Source: Herpetosiphonaceae bacterium | GTDB taxonomy: Bacteria; Chloroflexota; Chloroflexia; Chloroflexales; Kallotenuaceae | NCBI GenBank assembly: GCA_013821605.1 | Contig: JACDGP010000005.1 | Span: 14,099-78,098 of the forward strand | DNA length: 64,000 bases | Direction: 5' to 3' | Part shown: positions 37,764 to 47,256 of the stretch, piece after piece | How the letters are laid out: each line of letters starts with the position of its first letter | Numbering within the stretch: position 1 is the stretch's first letter | Translations under genes and position numbers: made by a program | Notes under the pieces: generated by a model | Told to the model about the DNA's origin: nothing | Seen by the model: the letters and a program-made list of their open reading frames with translations, nothing else | The model's database searches: none

Positions 37764-38612
37764 ATGCCTGAGTTGCACACCCTACTTACTGATCTCGCGC
37801 TGGGAGAATCGCCGCGCTGGCATAGTGGCCGTCTGTGGCTTTCCGACTGGGGTGCCCACGAGCTTCTTGCCGTCGATCTGGCGGGCAAACGTGAACTCAT
37901 CACCAGCATAGCGTCGGCTCCATTTTGCATCGATTGGCTACCAGACGGACGGCTGCTGGTCGTCTCGGGAGGCGAAGGGCTGCTCCTGTGCAGAGAGCCT
38001 GGGGGATCGTTCGTGACCTATGCTGACCTAACCACCCTCTCTCCTTACCCCTGGAACGAGATTGTGGTCGATGGTCGCGGCAACGTCTATGTCAACACGA
38101 TCGGCTTTGACTTTCTAGGCGGCGAGTTCGCTCCCGGCAGCATCGCGCTTGTGACTGCGGACGGTGCCGTTCGGCAGGTGGCGGATGGCGTTGCATTCCC
38201 CAACGGCATGGCTGTGACGCCCGATAACGCCACGCTGATCCTCGCCGAGTCCTATGCCAACCGGCTCACGGCGTTCGATATCGCGGCGGATGGCAGCCTC
38301 GCGAACCGACGGACGTGGGCTAACCTCGACGGAGGATACCCCGATGGTATTTGCCTCGATGCAACGGGCGCGATCTGGTACGCAGACGTTCCTAACAAGC
38401 GATGTGTGCGTGTACGCGAAGGCGGCGAGGTACTGCAGACCGTCGATCTTGATCGAGGCTGCTTCGCCTGCATGCTGGGGGGTATTGATAACCAGACGTT
38501 ATTCATGGTAGCCGCCGCATGGGGTGGTGCTGCAAGCATGGAGGGCGGGCAACGAACCGGCCTGGTGCTCAGCGTGGAGGCACCTGCGCCACGTGCTGGT
38601 TGGCCCTCGTAG
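37764..38612 (+). CDS. SMP-30/gluconolactonase/LRE-like beta-propeller protein (second copy, diverged)
   Basis: GESPRWHSGRLWLSDWG, PNGMAVTPDNATLILAES, YPDGICLDATGAIWYA. ATG 37764 follows GAAGGGGG. Confidence 0.85.
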   Translation: MPELHTLLTDLALGESPRWHSGRLWLSDWGAHELLAVDLAGKRELITSIASAPFCIDWLPDGRLLVVSGGEGLLLCREPGGSFVTYADLTTLSPYPWNEIVVDGRGNVYVNTIGFDFLGGEFAPGSIALVTADGAVRQVADGVAFPNGMAVTPDNATLILAESYANRLTAFDIAADGSLANRRTWANLDGGYPDGICLDATGAIWYADVPNKRCVRVREGGEVLQTVDLDRGCFACMLGGIDNQTLFMVAAAWGGAASMEGGQRTGLVLSVEAPAPRAGWPS

Positions 38613-38697
38613 GAATAATTCCGGCAATTCTCCAAGTTCGGAACACCAAGAATTGCCGACCTTGCTACCAAAATACTTTTGATTGTTGTCTTAACGC

Positions 38698-38731
38698 CAC
38701 CAGCCTCCGTCGTCATTGATGGAGGCTGGTG
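38698..38731. terminator. Hairpin between convergent genes (candidate bidirectional terminator)
   Basis: The 11-bp stem CACCAGCCTCC (38698-38708) pairs with GGAGGCTGGTG (38721-38731) around a 12-nt loop. A second 9-bp-stem hairpin, GGCAATTCT...AGAATTGCC, lies at about 38623-38657. There are no clear U-tracts. Confidence 0.45.
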
Positions 38732-38749
38732 AATTCCGCTTAACTCAGG

Positions 38750-41530
38750 TTAGCGTAACTGTAGGCTCCAGGCCGAGCGTCCGTGCGTCGCGGCGTAGAG
38801 CGTGCGCGAGCCCGGCACGATGGTCAAGCCCGCCACTTCAACCTCTGGCAGGTTGGCGGCGGCTTCCACCCAGTTGGTCGTGCCGTTTGGTAGCCTGAGC
38901 ACGCCAAAGTCTGTTGCGGCGTACAAGTCACCCGTTACATCGTCACGAACCAGGTCGGTGACCGGCAGATCACCCATCGGTCCGATACCACGATCCAGCG
39001 GTAACCAGGTGGCGGTGTGGGCAGCGGGGTCATACGTGACCTCGAAAACGTGACCGGGGGTTGTTGGCGTGACGGCATTGTAGCCCGAGTACGAAATCCA
39101 GGCGTGATTCGCATTTTGCGGATCGATGTAAATGCTGCTGACGAAGCGGTTCGGGGCTGCGGCAGCCAACGAATCGAGCCGTGTAAAGGTCACACTGCTC
39201 GCCGGTTCGGCATCCGCATTCTTGGAGATGAAGACGCGTCCGGTCGTCGTAGCCGCCCACAGCGTGCTCGTATCACCGGGTGCTCGCTCGACTGCGGCAG
39301 CATAGCCGCCCGTACGATCAGTGCCGAAGTCCGTGGACGTTAGCTGGGATGTACCGAGCTTCACCCAGTCGCCGCAGTTCGGATTGGAGGCACTCGTCGT
39401 GAACTCGGGGCAGTTCGCTTCCAGGTAAGCTTGGTTGCCACCATTGTCTTTGGTGCGCCAGACTGATGCAAACCCGGTGTACTGTGTTCCTGGGACGCGT
39501 GGGTCAGTGATCTCGGGCCAGTAGAAGCCAACGGGTTCACCACTATTCAGCAGCGGCCCGGAGGTAACGACCCACTTGGTTGGATCGGCGTTCCGGAAGT
39601 TCTCGTCGGTGGCACCGCCGTAGAACTGGTTGAACCGGATCGCCGGATTGCCAACGTCGAAGCCTGACTGACCGCCGTCACCATAGATCACTTGGTTCCA
39701 TACGCCACGTGAGCCGGTCGTCTCGAACGTACCATTGTCCTGGGTCCCGCCCATCACATCCTTGACGTTGTTGGGATTGACTGACAGGCTTTGGAATTGC
39801 AAGGTCGAGAGGCCCGCATTCAGGCTTGACAATTGCGTGGGTACACGCGCAAGCAGCTCTTGGCAGGTAGTCAGATCGGTACCACTAAGGCCACGGGTAG
39901 CACACTGCGAGGAAATATCCGTGAAGGTGCCGCTCGACCGCACGAGTCCTCCGTCCGATCCTTCAAAGAAGATGTTTGGATTGCTCGGGTTGACGACGAT
40001 CGCATGCTGGTCGGGATGAATACCGTTAGGTGCTGTGGGCGAGGAAGCATCACGCGTCATGTCGGTGAACGTGCTACCACCATCGGTCGAGAAAAGCACG
40101 CCGCGCCCGTTGGTCGCGACACCGGCCGTATTATAGTCATACGAACCAAGCAGGTAGACGGTGTTGGGTTGGCCCTTGGGCGAATACACCTGGTTGTCAT
40201 ACCAGCACTGCGTCGTGCAGTAGTTGACGTTTTCGTCTGTCGTGAGATCAGTGAAGCTGGCGTCTGTCGCCGTCACAGCATCATCGGTCCGGTAGAAGCG
40301 CGGCGGAACACCGCCGCTGGCACCGACACCGACGTACATGCGCGTGTTGCCGTTGTCCAGCTTCGTCACCGCGAACTCGGCCCGATCAGTGTTCAATGTC
40401 GGGTTAAGTGCCGCTTTGATTTGTGTCCAGCTACTGCCGCCGTCGGTTGAACGGTACACGCCCTCCTGAAATGCAGCTGCATACACGATGGCGGGATTGC
40501 TCGGATCGAGTTCAACATGGTTGACACCACGCGTAGTGCCGGCCCCATTCCAGACGAAGTTGAACGTCGCGCCGCCGTCGGTCGATTTGTAGAGACCATA
40601 TGGAGCTGCTACCGGCGGGTTGCTGGTCGCACCACCCGAATCGGAGCTGACGCCACGCACTCCGCGCACGGTGCTGATGTATAGCGTTTTGCCGCTCGAG
40701 TCGGAAGGATCGACGACGATCGAGCTGATCGAGCGCGCATCGAAGGCCGAGCCGGTATAGGTGCCGACGGTCGTTGTCGCCGCAAGCTTCGGACCCCAAG
40801 TCTTGCCATCATCGGTCGAGGTATAGATGCCGACGCCGGCCTCGGAGTCGCCTGAAGCATTCGGCTCACCGGTGCCTGCATAAAGAGTATGGCTTGCGAC
40901 ATCATAGGTGAGCGTGCCGATGGCATTCGTGCCGAAACTACCAGACGTGAACGTCCAATTTGGGCTGCTGACGAGCGCCCGATCTGTACGCCACACCCCA
41001 CCACCGGCCGCACCCACCCACAGCGTGCACTTCAACGCGGTACAGGTTGAGCCTGTTGCCAGCGCAGTGATACGGCCCGAGGTCAAGTATTGTGCGCCGG
41101 TGAAGGTCAGGGAAGGCGGGAAAATTGCGGTGCTCGGCCCGATCTGTATCCACGGTCCGGGTGTGTTCCGCGCCTGACCACGTACTCGTACGTTCGTAAA
41201 CGCCGCCTTGGCCTGCTTCGTCACTGCGAGCGGAATATCGGTCGCAGGATACGCGCGGCGAGCATACTTTTCTTCCTCGGCACTAAGCGGGGTGTGTCCA
41301 TTTTCGCCGCGTTGGCCTACAACCGACAGCTCATTTGAACGCTCTTGAGCTTCACCACCATCCGGATCACTATAGCGCTTGTCGGCTTGGCGTTGCCCGG
41401 TTGCCAGATCCAGGAAATTCTTGACATCACTATTACTACGAATAGCCCCAACACCAACCGCAGTTGTCGCCAGCAATAGCGAGGCGGCAGCTACACGGAG
41501 CAAGTTAGACCGTTTGGACAGCTTGGGCAT
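38750..41530 (-). CDS. Large secreted BNR/Asp-box repeat beta-propeller protein (sialidase / GH74 / sortilin-like)
   Basis: Signal peptide after MPKLSKRSNLL. Repeated S-x-D-x-G-x-T-W/F boxes (STDDGKTW, STDGGATF, STDGGSSW, STDGGSTF). Confidence 0.85.
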   Translation of the reverse strand: MPKLSKRSNLLRVAAASLLLATTAVGVGAIRSNSDVKNFLDLATGQRQADKRYSDPDGGEAQERSNELSVVGQRGENGHTPLSAEEEKYARRAYPATDIPLAVTKQAKAAFTNVRVRGQARNTPGPWIQIGPSTAIFPPSLTFTGAQYLTSGRITALATGSTCTALKCTLWVGAAGGGVWRTDRALVSSPNWTFTSGSFGTNAIGTLTYDVASHTLYAGTGEPNASGDSEAGVGIYTSTDDGKTWGPKLAATTTVGTYTGSAFDARSISSIVVDPSDSSGKTLYISTVRGVRGVSSDSGGATSNPPVAAPYGLYKSTDGGATFNFVWNGAGTTRGVNHVELDPSNPAIVYAAAFQEGVYRSTDGGSSWTQIKAALNPTLNTDRAEFAVTKLDNGNTRMYVGVGASGGVPPRFYRTDDAVTATDASFTDLTTDENVNYCTTQCWYDNQVYSPKGQPNTVYLLGSYDYNTAGVATNGRGVLFSTDGGSTFTDMTRDASSPTAPNGIHPDQHAIVVNPSNPNIFFEGSDGGLVRSSGTFTDISSQCATRGLSGTDLTTCQELLARVPTQLSSLNAGLSTLQFQSLSVNPNNVKDVMGGTQDNGTFETTGSRGVWNQVIYGDGGQSGFDVGNPAIRFNQFYGGATDENFRNADPTKWVVTSGPLLNSGEPVGFYWPEITDPRVPGTQYTGFASVWRTKDNGGNQAYLEANCPEFTTSASNPNCGDWVKLGTSQLTSTDFGTDRTGGYAAAVERAPGDTSTLWAATTTGRVFISKNADAEPASSVTFTRLDSLAAAAPNRFVSSIYIDPQNANHAWISYSGYNAVTPTTPGHVFEVTYDPAAHTATWLPLDRGIGPMGDLPVTDLVRDDVTGDLYAATDFGVLRLPNGTTNWVEAAANLPEVEVAGLTIVPGSRTLYAATHGRSAWSLQLR

Positions 41531-41692
41531 GCGAGCTTCTCCTAGATAACCGAAACGTGGTGGACTAACCATGCATACTCAGTCAGCGGGCAGACCTTGA
41601 GGGAGATCTACTCAGGACTAAAGTACTACAGAAGTGCAAAGTATAGCAGATCATAAACTGATGTCAAAGCTAAAAAGCGTATCATACAAAGC

Positions 41693-42565
41693 ATGAGTAA
41701 TACAGCGACGCCCATGCAGGGCAAACGAGTGATGGTGACCGGGGCTACCGGTGGGATCGGACTGGTGACGGCCAGGGAACTTGCGCGGCAGGGTGCCGAG
41801 GTGATCGTTGTTGGACGCGATGCAGGCCGCTCGGCGGCTGCCGTCGCGCAGATCAAGGAGCAGAGCGGCAACGACGCAGTCACATCAATGCTGGCCGATC
41901 TATCGTCGCAGCAAGCGATTCACACGCTGGCCGACGACTTCAAACGCCGGTACGACCGGCTGGATGTGCTGGTCAATAATGCCGGTCTGATGTTTACGAA
42001 GCGACAGGAAAGCGTCGATGGCATCGAGATGACCTGGGCACTCAACCATCTCGGTTATTTCCTGCTAACGAACCTGCTGCTGGATACACTGAAGGCCAGT
42101 GGCCCAGCGCGGATCGTCAGTGTCTCCTCAAGCGCACACGTCGGGGCAAAACTGAACTTTGCCGATCTTGAAGGCAGGCAGAGCTATGGTGGCTACCGCG
42201 CCTATAGCCGGTCGAAGCTGGCGAATGTAATGTTCACCTATGAGTTGGCGCGGCGGCTGCAGGGTATGAGCGTGACGGCAAACTGCCTACATCCGGGCGT
42301 AGTCGCCACCAATTTTGCGGCCAATAATGGTGGTTTCTATCGTGCGGTGCTACGTCCGATTTTGAATGTGGTCTCGATCAGCCCCGAAAAAGGAGCGGCA
42401 ACCTCGGTGTATTTGGCGAGCAGTCCCGAAGTTGACGGCGTGACGGGCAAGTATTTTGATAAGCAGAAGCCGGTTGCGTCGTCAAAGGTGTCCTACGATC
42501 AGGCGGCGTGGGAACGGCTGTGGGAGGTAAGCGAGCAGTATACGCACCTCAAGGCGTACGCCTAG
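41693..42565 (+). CDS. Short-chain dehydrogenase/reductase (retinol-dehydrogenase-like)
   Basis: VTGATGGIGLVTA, NNAG, YRAYSRSK (YxxxK). Confidence 0.9.
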   Translation: MSNTATPMQGKRVMVTGATGGIGLVTARELARQGAEVIVVGRDAGRSAAAVAQIKEQSGNDAVTSMLADLSSQQAIHTLADDFKRRYDRLDVLVNNAGLMFTKRQESVDGIEMTWALNHLGYFLLTNLLLDTLKASGPARIVSVSSSAHVGAKLNFADLEGRQSYGGYRAYSRSKLANVMFTYELARRLQGMSVTANCLHPGVVATNFAANNGGFYRAVLRPILNVVSISPEKGAATSVYLASSPEVDGVTGKYFDKQKPVASSKVSYDQAAWERLWEVSEQYTHLKAYA

Positions 42566-43101
42566 AAACTGTATGGGATAACGATGCACAGCATCAAACA
42601 TTTCAATATGAACGCGTGGTTTGGGGATGTCCTAGGTGCGTCATCCATAGGCGGAGTGTGCCCAAATTCTGGAGACTCTGGGAACTGACAAGCGACATAC
42701 GATGGGCAACTCGGCCATGGGTGACGCGAACGCCGCCCACGGTCTTTCTTTTCTCAGCGTACAAGAGCCGTGGAGCGCTAATGCTACCCGTAGTTCTTAT
42801 ACGCAAAGAAAGGATAACACCATGAAACGTAACAACGGAGGCATCACGTGGAACGCCAAGGTATCTCAGGCCAAGATTCGACGGCTATATGAAAATATGG
42901 TAGCTTGAGTCGCAACCCATCTCCCCACGAAACAACGGCTAATAATCTGATTGAGGGCAACCATGAACAGGTGGTGGCGTTCCTGGATAGCCTGACATAT
43001 GGGAACACAAGTACAGTCGAACTCAAAGCAATGCAGGCGGCGTGGCGGATGAAGGCAGAGGAGATGCAGCAGCGTCGATCGCCAAGGCGCTGATCAGCAT
43101 A

Positions 43102-43509
43102 TTATCTGGATGTTGGCAGCACCACGAGATGGTAGCCCTGCGCTCGTGCCCAGTTCTCAACGGCTTCCATCAGCAATCGCCCCACGCCCTGCCCCTCCGC
43201 GTGCTCGTCAACGACAAGCTCGCCAACGTACGCCTGGAGTTCCCCAGTGAAGTTGGTATCGCGGGCAGCACTTACGAAGCCGATAACATTGGCTTGGCTA
43301 TCTTTGGCAACCAGGACGGCTCGGTTCGATCCTCGTCCTTCTATGGACCCTTCGATCCACCTCTGTGCAGCAGCCAGCATACCCTCTGGGTCACGCCAGG
43401 GAGCGATACCAATGACCAAGCGGGGGGCAAGCCTGAGCACAGCGTCATGGTCAGCCGGCTCGTAGGAGCAGATATGAATAGCCGGGCTTCCAATAGGATT
43501 GTGCGGCAT
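43102..43509 (-). CDS. GNAT-family N-acetyltransferase
   Basis: AcCoA-binding motif VVDEHAEGQGVGRLLMEAVENWA. I chose ATG 43509, but the longer ORF to 43641 is possible. Confidence 0.8.
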   Translation of the reverse strand: MPHNPIGSPAIHICSYEPADHDAVLRLAPRLVIGIAPWRDPEGMLAAAQRWIEGSIEGRGSNRAVLVAKDSQANVIGFVSAARDTNFTGELQAYVGELVVDEHAEGQGVGRLLMEAVENWARAQGYHLVVLPTSR

Positions 43510-43659
43510 AGCATTCCTGGTGTTATTGCTTTGGTGGGGGAAAGAGTACACGTTGACCGCATAACGCGCAAGATGCACGGTATAAACTCTAGCAACTATT
43601 GGCGAAACTCCACTCTGCCGCTTTCGTGACTCTTGTCCCATGATGGTACTATAGGCCGC

Positions 43660-44997
43660 ATGCTGCTACCTGAGATTGCCGATCTGTACGATACCGTACT
43701 TGCGCAAGGTGAGCCCGGCGTTGACCGTTTTTACGCTGCGCTTCGGGACCGCAGGATCGACCCCGTCCCAAATCCCGCGACCGGTTCGCGCAACCTGTAC
43801 AATCCCAGCCCCATGATCGTCAGCGGCACGCTCGTTGAGCAGATGGTAGCCGATGCCAACCGTTTCTGTGGTGCACTGCGTGCCGAGGGGAGGAATGGTG
43901 CTGCGCTGCTGGCGCGGATGCCGTCCGACGTACGGGATACCTTTGCCTCGCCTGAGATCGCCGATCGGATCGTGAGTGACCTGCGGGTGGCGCATCCACT
44001 AACGGGCGTTGACGCCTTCTTGGAAGCAACAACCAATGGGTTAAAGCTGGCCTACCTTGAGTGGCAGACCGTGGGGATGTACCTAACGCTTGGCCGTTTG
44101 GTGCTCCAGTGCATGGCGCAAGCGTGGCCGGTGTTAGCGGAACGGGCGAGCCTCACAGCCCAACCCACGTTGACGCTTGCTGCACTGGGTGAGCGCTTGC
44201 GCGCGTTCTATCTAGCGGGCATTGAGGACGATCCGCGTCAAGGCGTAGTCCTCGATTACCAACCGATGACGCAGCCAACGCGTGATGAATTCCGGGCGAT
44301 TCAGCAGTTGACCGGCGGTGAGCGTGATGGCATGGCGATCCTCGATCCGCGCGCGATCACCCGGCACAATGGGCGTCCGCACTACCGGCGCGACGGCCTC
44401 CTCATCCCCGTGCGCCGCGTATATGCCCGGCTGGTCTATTCCGACATGCAGCGCTTGCTCGCCGAAAGCACCGCCACCGAGCGTACGCTGTTACGCGACC
44501 TGTTTGGCGGTGGAACTGACCTCAGTTGGATCTCGCATCCGCTCCATTTCTTCTACGGCTCGAAGGCCGATTTCCCGCGCTTCTGGCAGCAAGGACTATC
44601 GTCCGCTTTAGGAGCGTGTTGGACGGTGGATCAGGCGTTTATGGAGCGTCAAGCTCCCACGCTGGTCACGGGCGACCGTCTCGTCGGCTATGTCCAGAAG
44701 CCGGTCACCGGGCAAAGCGGCCAGGGCGTCATTCGGCATCCCCGGTTTGATGAACTACGGCTGGGCGCTGTGCTGCAGCGCGAGATCGTACCGGCGGACT
44801 GCCATCTCACCTTGTGGGGCCGGCGTACCCCCGAGATCCGCGTGATGTGCCTGCCCGAGGCCGACGGTACGCTCGCTGCCGGGCTGGTCTACACCCGTGT
44901 CAAAGCGCCGGAGGTCTTTCTTTCCAACGCCGGCGACTTGGCAGCCCGCAGGATTCCCGGCACGGGCGAAGGCTATGGGGTCGTCGTCTTCCCATAG
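43660..44997 (+). CDS. Uncharacterised protein, possibly ATP-grasp-like (circularly permuted / glutathionylspermidine-synthase-like)
   Basis: 445-aa ORF with coding-like composition. The segment GYVQKPVTGQSGQGVI resembles the K...G..G.GV nucleotide-binding strand of ATP-grasp ligases. The assignment is weak. Confidence 0.45.
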   Translation: MLLPEIADLYDTVLAQGEPGVDRFYAALRDRRIDPVPNPATGSRNLYNPSPMIVSGTLVEQMVADANRFCGALRAEGRNGAALLARMPSDVRDTFASPEIADRIVSDLRVAHPLTGVDAFLEATTNGLKLAYLEWQTVGMYLTLGRLVLQCMAQAWPVLAERASLTAQPTLTLAALGERLRAFYLAGIEDDPRQGVVLDYQPMTQPTRDEFRAIQQLTGGERDGMAILDPRAITRHNGRPHYRRDGLLIPVRRVYARLVYSDMQRLLAESTATERTLLRDLFGGGTDLSWISHPLHFFYGSKADFPRFWQQGLSSALGACWTVDQAFMERQAPTLVTGDRLVGYVQKPVTGQSGQGVIRHPRFDELRLGAVLQREIVPADCHLTLWGRRTPEIRVMCLPEADGTLAAGLVYTRVKAPEVFLSNAGDLAARRIPGTGEGYGVVVFP

Positions 44998-45009
44998 CAG
45001 CCTACCACC

Positions 45010-47094
45010 TCAGTGGATCGTGAAAGGTCCCAGCAGCAACGCGTCGTTGCCGTCCGCCGGCGCATCCGGCGTGGCCGGACCGTGCAGCGGAAGCCGCTTG
45101 AGATCGTCGCGCCCGTAGACCCCCAGTGCAAGCCAGTAGCTGCCCGCCGGCAGGTCGCGCCGCAGCGGAATCGGCTGGTCCCAGCCTACTGTGCGCCCCG
45201 GCTGCCAAACGGGAGCGGGTGCCTGGGGCCCGACGAGTGGCAGATCGACCTGCGCGACGAGTTTACCCTGTGCATCGAGCAGATGGGCAAACAGGTTGTT
45301 ATTCGTCACCACAGATGGATCAGCCTGCCACGCCAACGTCGCCGTTAAGATGCCGCTGCGGCGCACAGCACTGGTCTTGATGTCATAGCCTTGCACCCGG
45401 AGTGCGGAGCCGAAGGTTGCGCTCAGCGGCTGCACGGGCGGCAGCAGTTCGTAGATAGAGGCGTAGTCAATGCCGTGGATGCGGATCGTATGAATGGGCT
45501 GCTTGCCTCGTAACAGGGCGATGCTTTGTGGCACGTCATTGCGCAGGATTTGGTCGATATACAACACTGCATAGCGCGCCTGGCCGGGCTTGAGCACCGA
45601 GTCGATCGGCACGACCGCGTCACAGGTATACGGTACCAGTGCCTCGCCAAACCAGGCGGCGATGGGCCGGTCGCAACCCGCATGCTGTGTGGACAGATAG
45701 GCTCCGACCTGCTCGTACCCCTCGCCCCATCCGACGGGAATCGTCTTAGCCGCAACCGTGCCGCCGAGTGCCTGGTTATAATACGCTAGCTCATAGGGAT
45801 GGTACCAGGCGAGATTCGCCGCCAGAGCACACGCAACCAGGCCGTATAGCAGCCCAAGCGAGCGCCGCGAGACGGGGCGAGCGTCGCGTCGTGCCCAACG
45901 TCGTAGCAGCTGTTCCACTCCAACCAAGCCCGCTGCTGCGAGGATATCGAGTGATGGAAAGATCGGCAGCACATAGCGGTCGAATTTCTTGGCCCCCACC
46001 GTCATCACACCGACAAACAGCAGTACGAAGATGGCGAGGAGGACGAGTGCAGCGCGGCTCCGTTGGGCGCCTCGTCGTAGCAGGATGGGTATGGCCAGGA
46101 CGGTGCCCCCCAAAGTCCACGGCGTGAGCCGCAGAGCAACGGCGACCGGATAGAACAACGGTCCGGGGTCGGCGATAGCCCGGCCCAGAAAGAAATTGCC
46201 GTAGGCATGCGGTTCGCCACCGTCGTACCGTGCCTGGCGATAGATCGCCATGACCGCGCCCAGTGGGTTAACCCAGGCCGCCGGCCAGAGCGCAAACCAC
46301 ACCACGATGGCGACGCTGCCCCAGGCCAACAGTGGCAGCACGGGCAGCTTGCGCCACAGTTGGGGCGCCCGCCAGCTTCCCACGAGCCCAATCAGGCCTA
46401 GCATGGGGATGAGCACGATCGAAGGCGACTTGGTCAAGAATGCTAGTCCGCCAGCTACGCCGGAGGCTACCAGCATGTACCAGCGAATTGGTCTTGTGGG
46501 TGATATATACCCATCGTCCAGGCGAAAGGCAAGCATCGCGCCGAGCAGCGCGAGCGTCATGAACGAGGTGAGCAGTGCATCCGTATGTAGCAACTGCGAA
46601 TGAGCGACCAGAAACGGCTCACCCGCCCAGAGCAGACCCGCCAGCAGTGCCAAGCGGCGCCCGAACAACCGGGCAAGGAGCGGCACAGCCAGGCAGATAC
46701 AAAGTGCTGTCACAAGCGCCACGGGCAGTCGTAATAGTTCACGCGTGATGGCCATGTTGTTGGCACCGGCGAGGCCGAGCTTGGTGAGTAAGCGGTGGGT
46801 GAGGATACCAAAGGTGCCAAGCCACATGGTTGTAACGCCCGGATGGCCGACCAGGTTGGTACCGGCCCAATCGTGATGCTGGAGCGCACGGAGAAAGTTG
46901 TCGGCACGAGGGAACCAATGATCGGCCTCGTCAACGGTCACGAACCGTCCTGCCAATGCGCGCGGAATCAGTGCGAAGACGAAAAGCAGCGCGGTTACCG
47001 GCCAAGCAACCTTGTCAAGCGCTGCCGGTATAGCAGTTGACCGACCCCGCTCAAGCGCAACAATGTTCACTAGTTGGTCGTGGCTGCGGTGCAA
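45010..47094 (-). CDS. GT-C fold glycosyltransferase, family 39 / ArnT-PMT-like, copy B
   Basis: 694 aa, collinear with 4473..6551. By hand count 99 of 145 aligned residues are identical from FVTVDEADHW to AFRLDDG. TTG start at 47094 is uncertain. Confidence 0.85.
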   Translation of the reverse strand: MHRSHDQLVNIVALERGRSTAIPAALDKVAWPVTALLFVFALIPRALAGRFVTVDEADHWFPRADNFLRALQHHDWAGTNLVGHPGVTTMWLGTFGILTHRLLTKLGLAGANNMAITRELLRLPVALVTALCICLAVPLLARLFGRRLALLAGLLWAGEPFLVAHSQLLHTDALLTSFMTLALLGAMLAFRLDDGYISPTRPIRWYMLVASGVAGGLAFLTKSPSIVLIPMLGLIGLVGSWRAPQLWRKLPVLPLLAWGSVAIVVWFALWPAAWVNPLGAVMAIYRQARYDGGEPHAYGNFFLGRAIADPGPLFYPVAVALRLTPWTLGGTVLAIPILLRRGAQRSRAALVLLAIFVLLFVGVMTVGAKKFDRYVLPIFPSLDILAAAGLVGVEQLLRRWARRDARPVSRRSLGLLYGLVACALAANLAWYHPYELAYYNQALGGTVAAKTIPVGWGEGYEQVGAYLSTQHAGCDRPIAAWFGEALVPYTCDAVVPIDSVLKPGQARYAVLYIDQILRNDVPQSIALLRGKQPIHTIRIHGIDYASIYELLPPVQPLSATFGSALRVQGYDIKTSAVRRSGILTATLAWQADPSVVTNNNLFAHLLDAQGKLVAQVDLPLVGPQAPAPVWQPGRTVGWDQPIPLRRDLPAGSYWLALGVYGRDDLKRLPLHGPATPDAPADGNDALLLGPFTIH

Positions 47095-47180
47095 TCTACA
47101 GATCCTACCTTGCTTATATGCCAGAAGCAGTTACGTACTGGCTCATATAGAGTACACCAGGATTGCCCGCCGCATGCAGA

Positions 47181-47224
47181 CCGGCGACGTTGCCCGGGCC
47201 TATAGCCACGACCAACGTCGCCGG
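47181..47224. other. Long hairpin in the spacer between the 47257 gene and GT39 copy B
   Basis: The 12-bp perfect stem CCGGCGACGTTG (47181-47192) pairs with CAACGTCGCCGG (47213-47224) around a 20-nt loop. No U-tract on either strand. Confidence 0.4.
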
Positions 47225-47256
47225 TGCGGTCAAAGCAGTGCTTGGCCGGGAGCCTG

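Noticed and set aside
41680-41695. TATCAT 7 nt upstream of the SDR ATG with no SD (possible leaderless mRNA)
   Set aside because: I could not find a convincing -35 or an extended -10, so the evidence is too thin to call.
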